From Enoplolaimus lenunculus (lineage: Eukaryota): a stretch of 64,000 nucleotides of DNA. Made by a program: the position numbers and the translations under genes. The stretch covers positions 124,001-188,000 of the forward strand of contig JASANG010000295.1 of NCBI GenBank assembly GCA_030248215.1, given 5' to 3'. The notes beneath the pieces were generated by a model that had not been told where the DNA came from, did not search any database, and saw nothing but the letters and a program-made list of their open reading frames with translations. Shown here one piece after another: positions 39,557-52,500 of the stretch (its first letter is position 1; each line of letters opens with the position of its first letter).

Positions 39557-39822
39557 CCCTTTATCACATGAATATTTTCTATTTCATCTGAGACCTAGTT
39601 TTATGCTAGGATTCGAACTGCAGTGACTGGAGAGGTAGGTGATTACCATCACCACTCAGCTATAGGAGCTTGACGCTCGAGCCCGAGGGGGCTCTCACGT
39701 CTTGTGGCGATTTAGTACTATGTATACGTGTTGCAATTGTTAAACACTGTGCGATATATATTATTTAACGTATTATATACACTGCGCTGAGTTGCCCATA
39801 GTCCACTCTATGTGAGAAGGGG
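39557..39822 (-). mobile_element. piggyBac-like tRNA-module MITE, full length
   Basis: TTAA-CCCTTTATCAC ... GTGAGAAGGGG-TGAA. Minus strand carries TAGCTGAGTGG (A box) and CAGTTCGAATCC (B box). Confidence 0.9.
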
Positions 39823-40702
39823 TGAAAATTAGCGATGGGCACCGGATATTTATCATATCCGGATGTCCGTTATTTCTTGCCAGATATTTTCTTCACGATT
39901 TCCGGATATTCGAAATGAAATTTTATATTTCGAAAAAATGTTGTGATATATGTTTAGTAAAATAGTCATGTGATTTCTTAGGATGATTTGGACACCTCAG
40001 TCAACATCTATCTATTAACGTCATTCCATTTGTTAAAGCACGGGTACATGTTTTTCAATTTTTTCTTTTTTTACATTTTCTTTGAAAACCAGAAAATTCG
40101 TTTTTCGAGCGTTTTAATTTTTCTTATAAAAACCAACTCTGACTTTAAGACATGGCATCTAATGAAGGGATTTTCGCGGGTATTTGCGGATAAACGCGGG
40201 CCTGGTGAAGAATTTTAGCCGTGGGTGTACTGGCGAGTAAAGATTTGTATCACGCGGGTAAAAATATCGGCAGTTTTTCTCGCGTTAAGCCTTTAAGAGT
40301 TAAGGTGAAAAACTTACGCTATTAAACTAAGTTAGTCAGCGAGCATTGAAAAAAAGAAAAGTTCTGTTCTTTATTTAGTTTGGTTTGAAATTTTGTTGTT
40401 TCTAGTAAGCTTTCAGGTGTAAGATTCATTTCAAAATTTCAAAACTTGCATTTAAACAGCTTCGATCTCATATTAATACTGCCGCTTTTAACAGTGAGAT
40501 GCTCAAAAACTAAAACATTGATTACGTTGTAGTTTAATTTTATCACAATAATTAGTAATTAAAATATGCAATTAACCGCAACAATTGGAAAGTTTCACGG
40601 ATTGCATCGCGGAAAACGCGGCGCAACAGTAAGTTTTTGCAATATAACTTGTCAAATATCTCATCGAATGACTCCCTAAAATTAATTACTTTGTCACCCA
40701 CG

Positions 40703-40986
40703 CGGAATGTTGAGCTGGCCATGGAATGTTCAGATGGCTACGAAATGTTAAGCTGGTCACGGAATGTTGAGGTGGTTGCGGAATGTTAAGCTGGCTATGA
40801 AATATTTAGCAGGCCACGGAACATTAAGCTGGCCACAGAATGTTGAGCTGGTCGAGGAATGTTGAGCTGGCTACAGAATGTTGAGCTGGCTACAGAATGT
40901 TGAGCAGGCTACAGAATGTTGAGATGGTTACGGAATGTTAAGCTGGCCACAGAATGTTGAGCAGGCTACAGAATGTTGAGCTGGCC
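40703..40986. repeat. 19-bp minisatellite, ~15 copies (consensus ACAGAATGTTGAGCTGGCT)
   Basis: Head-to-tail units visible directly, with no spacers. Confidence 0.95.
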
Positions 40987-41438
40987 CCGGGACTGGCTTA
41001 ACGTCTGACTGATTGCGACCAACTTCAACTCATGTGATGAGCGTAAATGCAGTGTCTTAATACTGAAGAATTTGGTTTGTTGGGGGCCTCCACAGATAAC
41101 ACATTGGTTTGTAAATAGAATCAGCGAATTGCTACCGACGATCACAAAATTCAAGATCTTAAACTAACAACAAAGAAAATATGGATAAGGGTGCTCAGCG
41201 TCTGCAGTTTCTTTCTTGATATGTTGCCGCTTTAATGAAATATTTTGCGGAAAGTTGCCTATGATTATTCAGGTAAACAACTCAAGCTACGACCCTAATA
41301 GATTTTTGTGGTATATAACAAGCAAGCTAGAAGCCAGGCGTTGTTATAGTAAACTAAACGTTGTTATAGTAGAGATTGCAAGCTGATTGGCACTGGTAAG
41401 GAAAATATTTAAACGACACTCAGTCTGTTCCCCCCGTA

Positions 41439-41691
41439 CTGTAGTGAACCCAATAAGAGGGGTTTACATCCTAAGTATAACCTTACATTATCGATCAAGC
41501 TTTTGATACAAGAGAAATAAGCATTGGATTCAACGGATTGTTGCAATATCCGATATATCTGTAACAAAGAGCATCGGAGGGCGGGTTAAAAATAAATAAC
41601 AGTCTTTAATCGAATAACAAGAGGATGTTTCCTCTGGAGAATTCAAATATAAATAAATATCAATGTTCTCCTCTTATTTGTGTCACTACAA
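41439..41691. mobile_element. Tc1/pogo-like MITE, internally deleted copy
   Basis: TA-CTGTAGTGAACCCAATAAG ... CTTATTTGTGTCACTACAA-TA; internal homology to 31156-31575. Confidence 0.8.
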
Positions 41692-43533
41692 TATTTGCGG
41701 CCCAGATAACTCTGATGGCCTATCAAATGTGCCTAAATTTTGATGACCTTATGGGAATCACGTTGGAATTGGCTATAAACCTAATCCAATTTCCCGTATA
41801 TGTTCAAAAAATAAATGAAATTTCAAAGGCGTTTAGGCGGAGCGAAGGTTAGCAAGTAGACACATATGAAAGTGTTTCGTTTCATCTGTATTTGATTTTT
41901 CTGAATATTATAAACAGTAAAGTTTTCAACGAAAGTTCCTGGTGAACTAAAAGGTAAGCGTGATGGTATTTGTTGTCTTTAGAGAATGAAACCCATATCA
42001 GTTTCGAATCCTTTGGCGTTATAATGTTTTAACTGACCTTTAGTCGTTTTTCTACTTAAATTTCAATTTCAACGATAGGAGAAAGAGCGCACAGGCGGAT
42101 CATAACCTAATCGTTTTCTGAGGCCGATTTGTGCTGCCGACCAACAAAAGACTTGAGTAGAAACAAACATTCTTCATTTGTAAATTACCAATCTTTGAAC
42201 TCATTTGTAAGACTTCGTGTTTGCAACATTCTTTGGTCACAGTTCCAAGAACCTCAAGTCAATCGTATATGCATTCATAAATATACTCACTCAATTGCTA
42301 TGATCTCTGCACTTGGTCCTGATTTATAAACCGCTTAGCATCCCTTGGTTCAACCGAATAAAACTGAAACCCGAAACCAGATCTTTTGAATGGTAATGGA
42401 TTTCCTTACAGGAAGAATAAAGCTTTCATATGAAAGTTGACCCACTGATATGAGTTGTTTGTATAAGACTTTTAGTTTTGTTGAATATTCTTCTCTTGGA
42501 TTGAAGTTTATCATTCAGATTACTGTGTTAGTTGTGAATTTTTGCGAAGGAACAACGATGCGCAGATTATTAAATTCTCATTATTTATGGCCGAAGCAGC
42601 CACCCCTATACTCCTATAAATTCTATGTAATTTCGAAATGCGCTCGGGTTCTCGCTCCCTACGCGCATGAGATTTCATTTACGATTCTACCTCAATTGAA
42701 ATTCTTTCAATGGCTTCAGAAATTCGACAGACCATAGAAATAACCTCCAAGTTGCCAAATAAAAAACTTCCCGCTCGCTACGCTCGTATGGCAAAATTTT
42801 AATTTTAAGGTAATACCTTCCAGAAATCAAATATTCTAGGATAATGACAAAAATGGCCTTGAGGTGTGCCGTGCAGCGTGCTTTCCGCATTAGTTCTAAT
42901 TTACCAAGATTGTATCAGTTCGTTCTGTATCTGGTTATGCAAAGCGTAATAAGGATTTTCGGGAGCTGCAGAAAGAATGTTTATTCACAAAACAGGTGCA
43001 ATATAAATTGCAGGCAATATGCATGGTTGTTCATACTTGAACCAAATTTGCAACTTTTATTATTAGTGCATTTATCTGCAGCTACAAGGTCTTCGAAAGA
43101 GTTTTCGATCAATACTTGTACGTGCAAGGTGTGGCTTCAGGTTATTGCAGCAAAAACGAGTACGGCTCAATAGGGTTTCAGTTTCCAATTTGATTCACCA
43201 GCAAAATATATAACGCTCGCAATAGTAGTTTATTGCGCTTTCTGGTGTATCCGCATTTAATGTCTTAAACTTGAGCTGGCGGCAAGTTTGGCAATGTTTT
43301 ACCCAATGTATCGTTGTTTTTGTGTCGCAGCTGAATGAATGCATTTGATTTCTGGTTTTTAAACCAAATTTAAACAGAAGCAGCAAAACATCACCGTCGA
43401 ATTTGATGCTAAGTGCAAACTTATTAAAAAATTATACAAGAGGTTACTACAAACCAATGTTTCTCCGGCCGTCGCTGATTTTCAACAATATTATATTGAA
43501 TTTTGTAAAAACAACTTAAATTCTACCGTCAAA

Positions 43534-46500
43534 ATGAATCATTCTCGACTTTCACCAATAGCATCTCTGGATTCTCGCGTGCCACATGACGAAACAATGC
43601 CACATGAACAAAACGATAAGAAGCGTAATAATTCGGCTCAGATTGGAACGCTTACTGAACAAGCCATTGAAACCTTTCGTCGTACACAAAAATTAAAACG
43701 ATCAAAACTGTTGATGCTATTTTGGTGTAAACGGTGCAATTTTTGCGGCAGCGTCAAAAAGGTGGGTATGATCGATGGACACCGGATATCAACAAACCCT
43801 GACCACTGGAAAGAGTCTGTACTCGCTCGTGGACTCAAAAACATGGAACAAATGGTATCTTTTTACAGCTTGTGTTTTTGGCTGTTTAGTTCGCCGAAAC
43901 TGTATAATTGACTTTCAGTCAAACAACTTGTTAAAATTACATACATCATTCGACAGTATTGAATTTACCACAATCAGACAATAGGTTAACGAGTTGCGAA
44001 GAAATTACTGATTTGGCGCGCTGCGAACGATTTGAGATGGGGTCAAGTCAGTCATTCTTCCAATCGACAAAAACTAGTCAACCAATTGCTTCACACCAAT
44101 CGAATCAGTTCCGCAAGCTACCTCGAACGATGTGCAATTATACTTAAGTTTGTGACGATACTTTTGGATTTGACAAAAATCTGATTTTTCAAAAATTCAA
44201 ATTCCGATATAAAATGAACAAGAGAGGTCATGAGAAACTCACAAACGCAAACATTTCAGAATTCCGATCTTGTTTCTAGGCGAACACCGGCTGTGGGACA
44301 ACCCAAAACACTCCTATATGGAACTGGAAGGGAAAGTGTATAAGACACATTTTTTGGCTCAGTATGAACATTTTCTTATTGTTTTAGTTTCTGTCGATGA
44401 TATTTACACATTTCGGTCTGTGTACACTGGTTGCATTGTACGCATTGCTGGGCGCATGGATATTTCAATTGATCGAAAGCCCACACGAACACCAACGAAT
44501 GGGACATGTAAAAAATGAAACTGAAAATGTAAGTAATTCTAAGTTTATACAGTACCATATAAACAGCGCCGCGACTAGTGCCCCTCTACTTTCCCCACGG
44601 TTTACCTGGGTACCTATGGGCATCCCGACAAAACTTACACGCCATGCCAGTAACAAATATTTGGGCCTTTGACACAATTCGGGTTAGGCATTGTAATAAT
44701 CAAGTTTGGGTGGCTTCTGGGCCGCTTCGCATGCAAGGTTACCTACAGCATTAGAAATTGGCACACACGTATGCCAGTTTTGGATCATAACATGCGCCCG
44801 GATAATACTTCATACTCCCCGGACAAACTGGTCGCGGCACTGCATATGGGTAGAGAACGTTTAACGATAATTTCGCTGCGGCTTGCGGTGGCGGTGGTGC
44901 TCGAACTCGCGACGTACAGATTACCGAACCATACTGAGCTATGCAGTCATTCAAACTTTTCGTTACAATGGCTCTATATACCACAAGTGGTACTACAATT
45001 TTATACGTATAAATGAACACGTTACGAAAGCATACTTAAAATGTAAAAAAATTGAAAAGCAATAGAAAATAGGCTCTATTACATCACTGCGTAGTTCATA
45101 ACCGGCTTGCGTACATTTTTACTTCACATTTAAAGACTAACACTAAATGTATGCTTAATAGCCCTTAGGTTTAGGAAGTCTTTTCCAAAACTTAAATTTA
45201 AAACTGCAATTGCGCCGAGGATGTGTACATGAACTTTTTTTGCTATTGTCTGCAGTTCCATCGGAATATAACTAAATGAAAAATACCAGGGAGAGACAAG
45301 GATGACCAGTCACCCCCATTTATAGCAAAAATGATTCTAGCACACCTCTCACATGTGCTATTCAACACGGAAAAATCTACCTAGGTGCATTTTGCACCGA
45401 AAAAATCTACCATTAATATTTCACTGAAACAAATATACTTTAGGTAAGTTGTCGCTGACATAAATCAGTTTTCGTGTTGTATTGTCAGATAAATAAAATT
45501 AATCTAAAGGTAAATGCACCCAACTGTATATTTCCGGATCAAAAATGCACCAGGGGGATGCACCTGTGACACTGGCAATCACGAACACTACCTGCGTAGA
45601 GACTGTTTCGTTTGATTGGTGTGAAATTTCAGATTTTAATTAATCTACGCAGTTACGTTGAATCTAACCGCTATTTGACGTACAGTGAATTTTTTAAAGT
45701 TGCAAATCAACTACTCAAAGACTATGAACGAAATCTAGTCTATGCAGTTAATAATGAAGGTGGGTATGTATTCTATATGGTAGTGATCTGTCCAGTCATA
45801 CGTAGCATCTATTACCAGTTGGGCTCGACTTAATATTTTAAACTTGGCAACTCTTCCTTGCTCCATTTTAACATTATTATTATAATTATTATGATTATTA
45901 TTATTATTGTCATTATTATTATTTTATTATTATTCATGGTTCTTGTATAAATATATTGCGTGGTAGTGTTGTGCAACTACCACTTTTTTAACAGGCACCA
46001 GTGGAACATTTGACCGGCCGGCTAAAATATACAAATTTTAAAAATTATCAAACAATTTTATAACGACCCGGAAAGCAACACTAAAAACTCATGTTCCTAA
46101 TTTTTTGCAACTTCGAAGCATAGGTTTCTATTTGAAAATAAAGAGCCTCAATGTCCATAGAGCCTCAATGTCCATTTAAAGGAATAAGTAAAAAAGCGGT
46201 GCGTTTGAATCGCATTGGCATTGAGATATTATCTTTTATTTTTCAACAGTTTCTATCTGTTTCAAACCCTGTTGTGTGCTGAAACTAATCGCGTAAACGT
46301 GACAGCCTATTGCGGGCAACATTTATGCATAGTTTTTCACTTTTGCAACAGCAATATGTCTATCCATTTGAATTTAGTCGACTCGTTCCATTTCGAAATA
46401 ATTTAGGAAAATTTACAGTGCTCTAATCGTTTTATACCTACAAGTGATTGATAGTTGAGTGAAAACGCAAAATATCCTTTCAAATTCTTAATGAAACAGT

Positions 46501-49500
46501 TCAACGAATAAGACCATAATTTTGATTTTAATATAGACTTTCGAAATTGAATGGTGACAGTGCGTAAATTGTCCAATCTGGAACCAGCGAATTTGTTTCA
46601 GTTGCAGATTCCATGTGTTCAGCAGGATTTAGGGCATTTTGCCACCCTGTAAATGAGCTAATTTTGTTGAATTAATCCGTCTGAGTTAGGACTATCAGAA
46701 CCAGTCTGAGTCAGGACTATCAGAACCTGTCTGATTCAGAACTTTTAGAAACAGTCTAAGGTTGAACAATCAGAACTCACAATTCCGAGTTGATTCAAGA
46801 CATTCTGATTCAATTAATCAACTCCCCCGGAATGAACTCAACTTAGTGTAAGAATCAACCCAATTCAGAGTGAGTTAAAGCTTACTGATTTTAACACAGA
46901 AATAAATAAGATTTAGCTGAGTTGATTAACTAATTGGATACATTTTGCTGCCAATTAACCTCAACAATAAAAATTTATTTCAACTTGTTTCTACACTTTA
47001 CCATTTTCTTTCTGATGCAGTTGGGAAACATTATTTTTTCATGGATCTTTCCAAGCACTTTAACTTCGATTTCTTTTTATTATTGTTAAAAAATATTTTT
47101 ATAGGTGCTCAAGTGAAATATTTTACTATATATTTCTAAAAGGTAATGAAACCCATATCGTCTGAAGACCTTTATTTCACCACACGTGCTGTCTAGAATA
47201 CAAGTGCAACCGAAGTAGTTTCAACAAGTGATGGAACCATAATATTGACTATAATGATAGCAGTAGGGGTAACATTTTAGATTTCAGCTAAAAGGTTTAG
47301 AATCGAAACCTAAATAAGACTTAAAATATTAAATTGATAATGTCACAGTGTTTTTAACTTTTTCTGTGATAAGCAATAACTGGCCAGCCTGGCCGGCTGG
47401 TCAATACCTTTTCCTGGCTGGTACACAACACTTGCTTAGTCTTGATTTTCGACCGAAATTAACCAAGTTTGTTTTTGGGAAAATTTAAAATGCCGAAAGT
47501 CAGAAGTTCAAAAACATTTCGTTTACGGTACAGTTCTTAATGATATTAAGCATTAACTATCTTGTACTTGAGGTAAGTCGCTTGTACAAAACTCATTTTA
47601 ATCCCGTAAGAAAACCTGGAAAAAGTCTTGCCATTACCTAACACTAGGTGGTGTGTATTGTTATTGACAATGTGCGACCAACTGGTTGTAGATGCTACAC
47701 GGCTAAAATTTTGGCCAATTCAAGCAGTTGTGGAGTGGCAATAAGCTGCGTTTTCTAAAAGGCTGTTGTATCTGTCGCTAACTCTTAGCGGAATGACAGA
47801 AATTTTGGAAGTTTGAAAAAGGCTCTGGTGTACACTTTCGTGGCACAGTTTTCGAAATTTGCCGATTTTAACATATAACTTATCGCTGGGATTTGATTTA
47901 AGCATTATCAATTTAGCGTAAGCTTGCAGAGGAAGGTGTACAAAAGCCTAGAAGCATTTTGATAGTTTGATCTTGGCAAAATGTGTTAAAGTGGAGCCCT
48001 ACAAAGTGTTACGTGAATACGCGATGCAACTGGCGATAGGTGCTACAGTCATTTAAGAATACGACCAATCGTCGAATTAAGCGCTTTTGTTGGCAAAAAC
48101 TAGCGCGTATCACAATTTTTAGCGAATGAATTGAAAAATTGTAAAGATAATCAGGAGGATGCTCCTGCAATTCAAGACAATAAAACTGTAGTATTTGATA
48201 TGTAAATTTAATTCGAAATTTAGATTGTCACAGATTTAAACCGACGTAAAACAGATTGAAATTTCTGGTGACTGATATAGTTGGTTAGCAGAAGTTTAAT
48301 CATATTTTTACTCGAAGTGAACAACGTGCTATATTTTGCCAACCGAAGTCAATATTATTGTCGCGCAGTTTGAAAGAAAGGCCGAATCTTTAGAGGCGGA
48401 TCCAGATTGAATGCTGAACCTGGTGAACCTGAGTTACATACTGCAAAACAACAAGCTATAGCTGATCCGGAAAATGTAAAGAACAGGGGCGCAGCAGTAT
48501 TATAGGCATATTTTTAAGCATAACCCTAAGCCTAAGCCTAAGTCTAAGCCATACCAAACAATTAGTCTAAAGCTTAAACTTACTCTTTTCTAGCCCCACA
48601 GAAAAACTTTCCGCCCGTGATCTTTACATGGGCCGCTGATCCTAATAACATTTTAATTTATTAGCATCTGCATTGATAGACATTTTTCTTAGAACAGGAC
48701 CGTAGCCGACGGACCTTGCTAAAGAGACTAAAAATTTTTCAGGAGGGCATACATGGGTTTTCGATGACTTGTAAGCAAAATTAAAAGTTTTCTAGGGCGA
48801 GGAAAAAGTTTTACCAGCTAGCAGAGCCTCTGTTGGCCCTCATGTGGCTACCGATCCGTCTATGAAAATTTTGGATCCGCCGCTAAAAACTGCATATTTT
48901 AAACATTGATGGATGTAGCAAAACGTTTTAGATTGCACGTAAACTGCGTGCTTACATCGAAGCATGCACAATTATTGAAGAGTCTGAATTTAAAGAAAAA
49001 GCGTTGGAAATACTAAAAGAATATGAACGGCTTTTGGTATTTGCGATGCGACACGAAGGTTTGATTGGTGTTTCGCTAAAATTGCACCCGGACACAAGCT
49101 TTGCATGATGCTTAGATGCACACTTGTACGCGCAATCTACAACCAAGGGTTGTCCAAAGGTTGTTTAGGGGTCAAACAAATTTTATATAATTTTGTCAAC
49201 GTAATTTGAGTTCATACCCCAGCTTCAAAACTTTTCCAACCGAACAGTAGCTCCCTTTCCGAAATTCTGGCTACGCCCTTGGTCTTCACTGCTTTTTATA
49301 GGTATGAATCAGCGTCGACCGGTACGCAGAAGCAGCCGGCTGATTTGGAAAACCCCTGTTACTCATCCACATCAAAGTTTAAAAATGTAAAAAATAAGAT
49401 TCAAATTTGTTATCCGTAGTTTTCGAACCGCCGCCTTTTCAATGTTAAGCTCGATGCTGAGCCCTTACGCTATTAAATTTGTAGCCAAGGCGCATGTAAA

Positions 49501-52500
49501 TCTTTCACATGTTCATACGCCATGCAGGTAAAGTTACCTTGTTAATTTAACGTCAACCTGCCCCACTAAGCTAGTCAAAGCCGAAACACGAGCACAAGCC
49601 TAATTCTGAGACTAATCCTAAGCTTTCCAATTGCCCAAAGGCCACAGTCAGTGTATAACATCGGGCAGTATCTTATAAATGACATAGTCCGTTAAAATAG
49701 TAACAAGTTTGGTGCTTAGGCTTATGCTTAGGCTTAGGCTAAAGCTTAGGTTTAGGGTTAGGCTTAGGTATTAGCTCATTTGTACGCTTAGACTTAGGCT
49801 TAGGGATATGCATATACTACTCTGTTCTATACATTGGCCGAAGAAGTTTGGATGTCCAAACGAAAAGCTTGTTTGTGCGTTTCTGTTAGCATACTAAGAT
49901 TGGTTCAACCAACCACGATGCAAGGTTAAAGGTGTTCGTGCGCTTTGAATTGGCTTTCAGGTTACGATGGAGATGATACAAATCTACGCATTCAGTGGAC
50001 GTTTTCAGGTGCTTTATTGTACAGCATTACAGTGTTTACAACCATCGGTAAGATGATTTTGTGATAATTTCAAAGATTTTGGTTCTGGTTCACAACAGCT
50101 TGTGCCATGTTAACTACAAAGGTTCAAGACTGAGAACATAAGCACAAGCTTCTATCCGGACCTAAACGAAAAGCGTATTTCTCTGCCTAATTCGGGTCGT
50201 TTCTGTTATCTCCTTTAGACATTGTTTGCCCAAAAATAGTCGAATTACGAAAATTTTTGTACATTTGAACCTGTCATGACCTTTACTGATGATTCCAATT
50301 ACAAATTTGAATTTCAAAAATATGGTGCCCTAGATCGCCTATTGAGACCGCGAGCGACAAGACACTTTTGTCAAAAAATTCGACACGTTAAAATTCAAGC
50401 AGAGCTAATCGTTGCAGCTGTAAGTTCTCAATGTAAAAACTTTTATGTATGAAATGGGTTTTACTTTATGACAAAGTTCTTTCGGCCCATGTATTGAACA
50501 GGCCCGGAACAGTAGTATATTAAACAATCCTAAGACCTAAGCCTAAGCATAAGGATGAGCGTGTTCCTAAGCCTAAGCCTAAGCCTAAGCAAAAAATTTA
50601 GTCTAAAGTTTAAACTGACTATGTTACAGCGCCTCCGAAAAACGATCCGACCCTGTTCTATACATGAGCCGTTTATTCGATCTCACTAAAGGTGCCTTTG
50701 GACTTCAAAATAGATTTTTAAACAATTCTAATTTGGGTGTGGAGTAATCAGAAAAGGTCTTGGTGACTTGTTTTCGAACATAACTTGCAGCTGTAAGTTT
50801 TGTAGTGAGTTTTAGAACAGAATTTGCAGCTGTAAGTTTTGTAGTGGGTTTTAGAACAGAATTTGCAGCTGTAAGTTTTCACTTACATATGGAAGCTAGC
50901 TTACACCAGGGAACTTTATGGATGTGTGATGGATAGTGAAGCCAATAAAACTTCAATAGTGAACAAGCTGAAGCTGTTTGGCTTCAGTAGACGTCATATT
51001 GAAGCCAATTACAATCTTCCATGCTTTTCTGCTCAAACTTTGTTTTTAGGATATGGTAACATATCACCGAAAACAAAACTGGGGCGAATGGTAACGATTT
51101 TATACGCAACCGTTGGGATTCCGTTAATGTTATTATGCTTGGCAAATATTGCCGGTAAAGTAAATAGTCGTTGTTTACTAAGTTTTCAACTCTCAAACAA
51201 GTATGGAAGTACTGCCTACTGTAATGACCCGAATAAGATGGGGACTGATATTTATTTGGCCACTCCAGAGGGTGCCCCCTTGTTATTCGGTTACAGACTG
51301 TTATATATTTTTAATCCACGTTCCGTCGCCCTTCGTTAATGATATATATCCGGTACTGCAATTATCCGTTGAATGAAACGTTTATTTGTCTTGTGTCAAT
51401 AGCTTGAGCGATAATACAAGGTTATACTTAGGAATGTACTTTCAAAATTTAAGTACGCTTTAAAGTTTTGAACTCAAGTTATTTGGTCCTGGAGTCATTT
51501 ATGCGCTACAATTAGTGTTATTTGATATTTATGGACTCTTATTAGGGATACGAACTCCAATTGATTCAGACTCAAAATGGGGACCCCCTCTTAGTACCCC
51601 TTCCCCTCTTATTCGGGTCAATACAGTACGAGCGTTGCGCTTAAATTTTTAAGTTTCAATTTTCATCAACAGCTCACAGGAGCACTCTTTTAGCTACGAA
51701 CAATTTCAAATTTCGAAAAAGCAAACCCCACGGAGAAATTTTAAGCCTGTAGACATGTGTAAATACGCATAGTTTATTTGCAGCAAAACGATGCCGACAA
51801 TCAGAGGGTGATGTACGACGTCCCCTAGAAATTTTTGAAAAGGCTGGGAAAAAGCACTTGTACAAGATCTAGAGTATTAACCGGAAGCGGTCGAACTTTT
51901 TCCGCTTGCTACACTCGTTTGCAAAAAAACGTTTAGACGTGGATATATCGATTCCAAAAACAAAATGCCGCCTAAGCCTCTGTCAAATCTCAAAATTACG
52001 TATCGTAGGCGTTCTAACTTTCGTCGAAATGATTAAATAGTCGGTTAAATCTATATATTAGAGCTGGAACACCCCGCATACGTATTATGAGCTGTGTTCC
52101 AACTGAAAGGCATGCAAATTAGATATATTTGCTAAAATTTTGTTAACATAATTCTATTAATAGAAGATTGTTTAATTTCGTTTTATGTCGTGTTCTACAA
52201 TTCTGCATGATTTTTAATTGCGTTGCAGTGTCGTCGGTTGCAAATTTGACAACCGTGTTGCCTAGTTTTATTTTTATTTCAGACGGTTTAGCTCGTGCGT
52301 TGACGTTCTTGTACTTTAAAGTATTTTGTGCATACTGCCGTTGGAAGAAAGATCGAAGACGAGTGCGTCGTGCTGCTTTAACAGTCCGATTGCATCCTGG
52401 AATGCCAAGTTAGTTGCTAGCCAGCCAGACACTTAGCAAGGAGGCGTGGTCTATGTTCACTTGATCCATGTTGAGTGAATATTTTCAATTTTGCTTGAGA

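Noticed and set aside
40703..40986. Regular repeat array resembling CRISPR
   Set aside because: The 19-bp units are head-to-tail with no unique spacers, there are no cas genes and the context is eukaryotic: a minisatellite.
47915..48056. Possible third TWK cap exon ([14 protein letters not shown])
   Set aside because: In-frame stops and no 127-nt AG..GT frame; the similarity is too weak.
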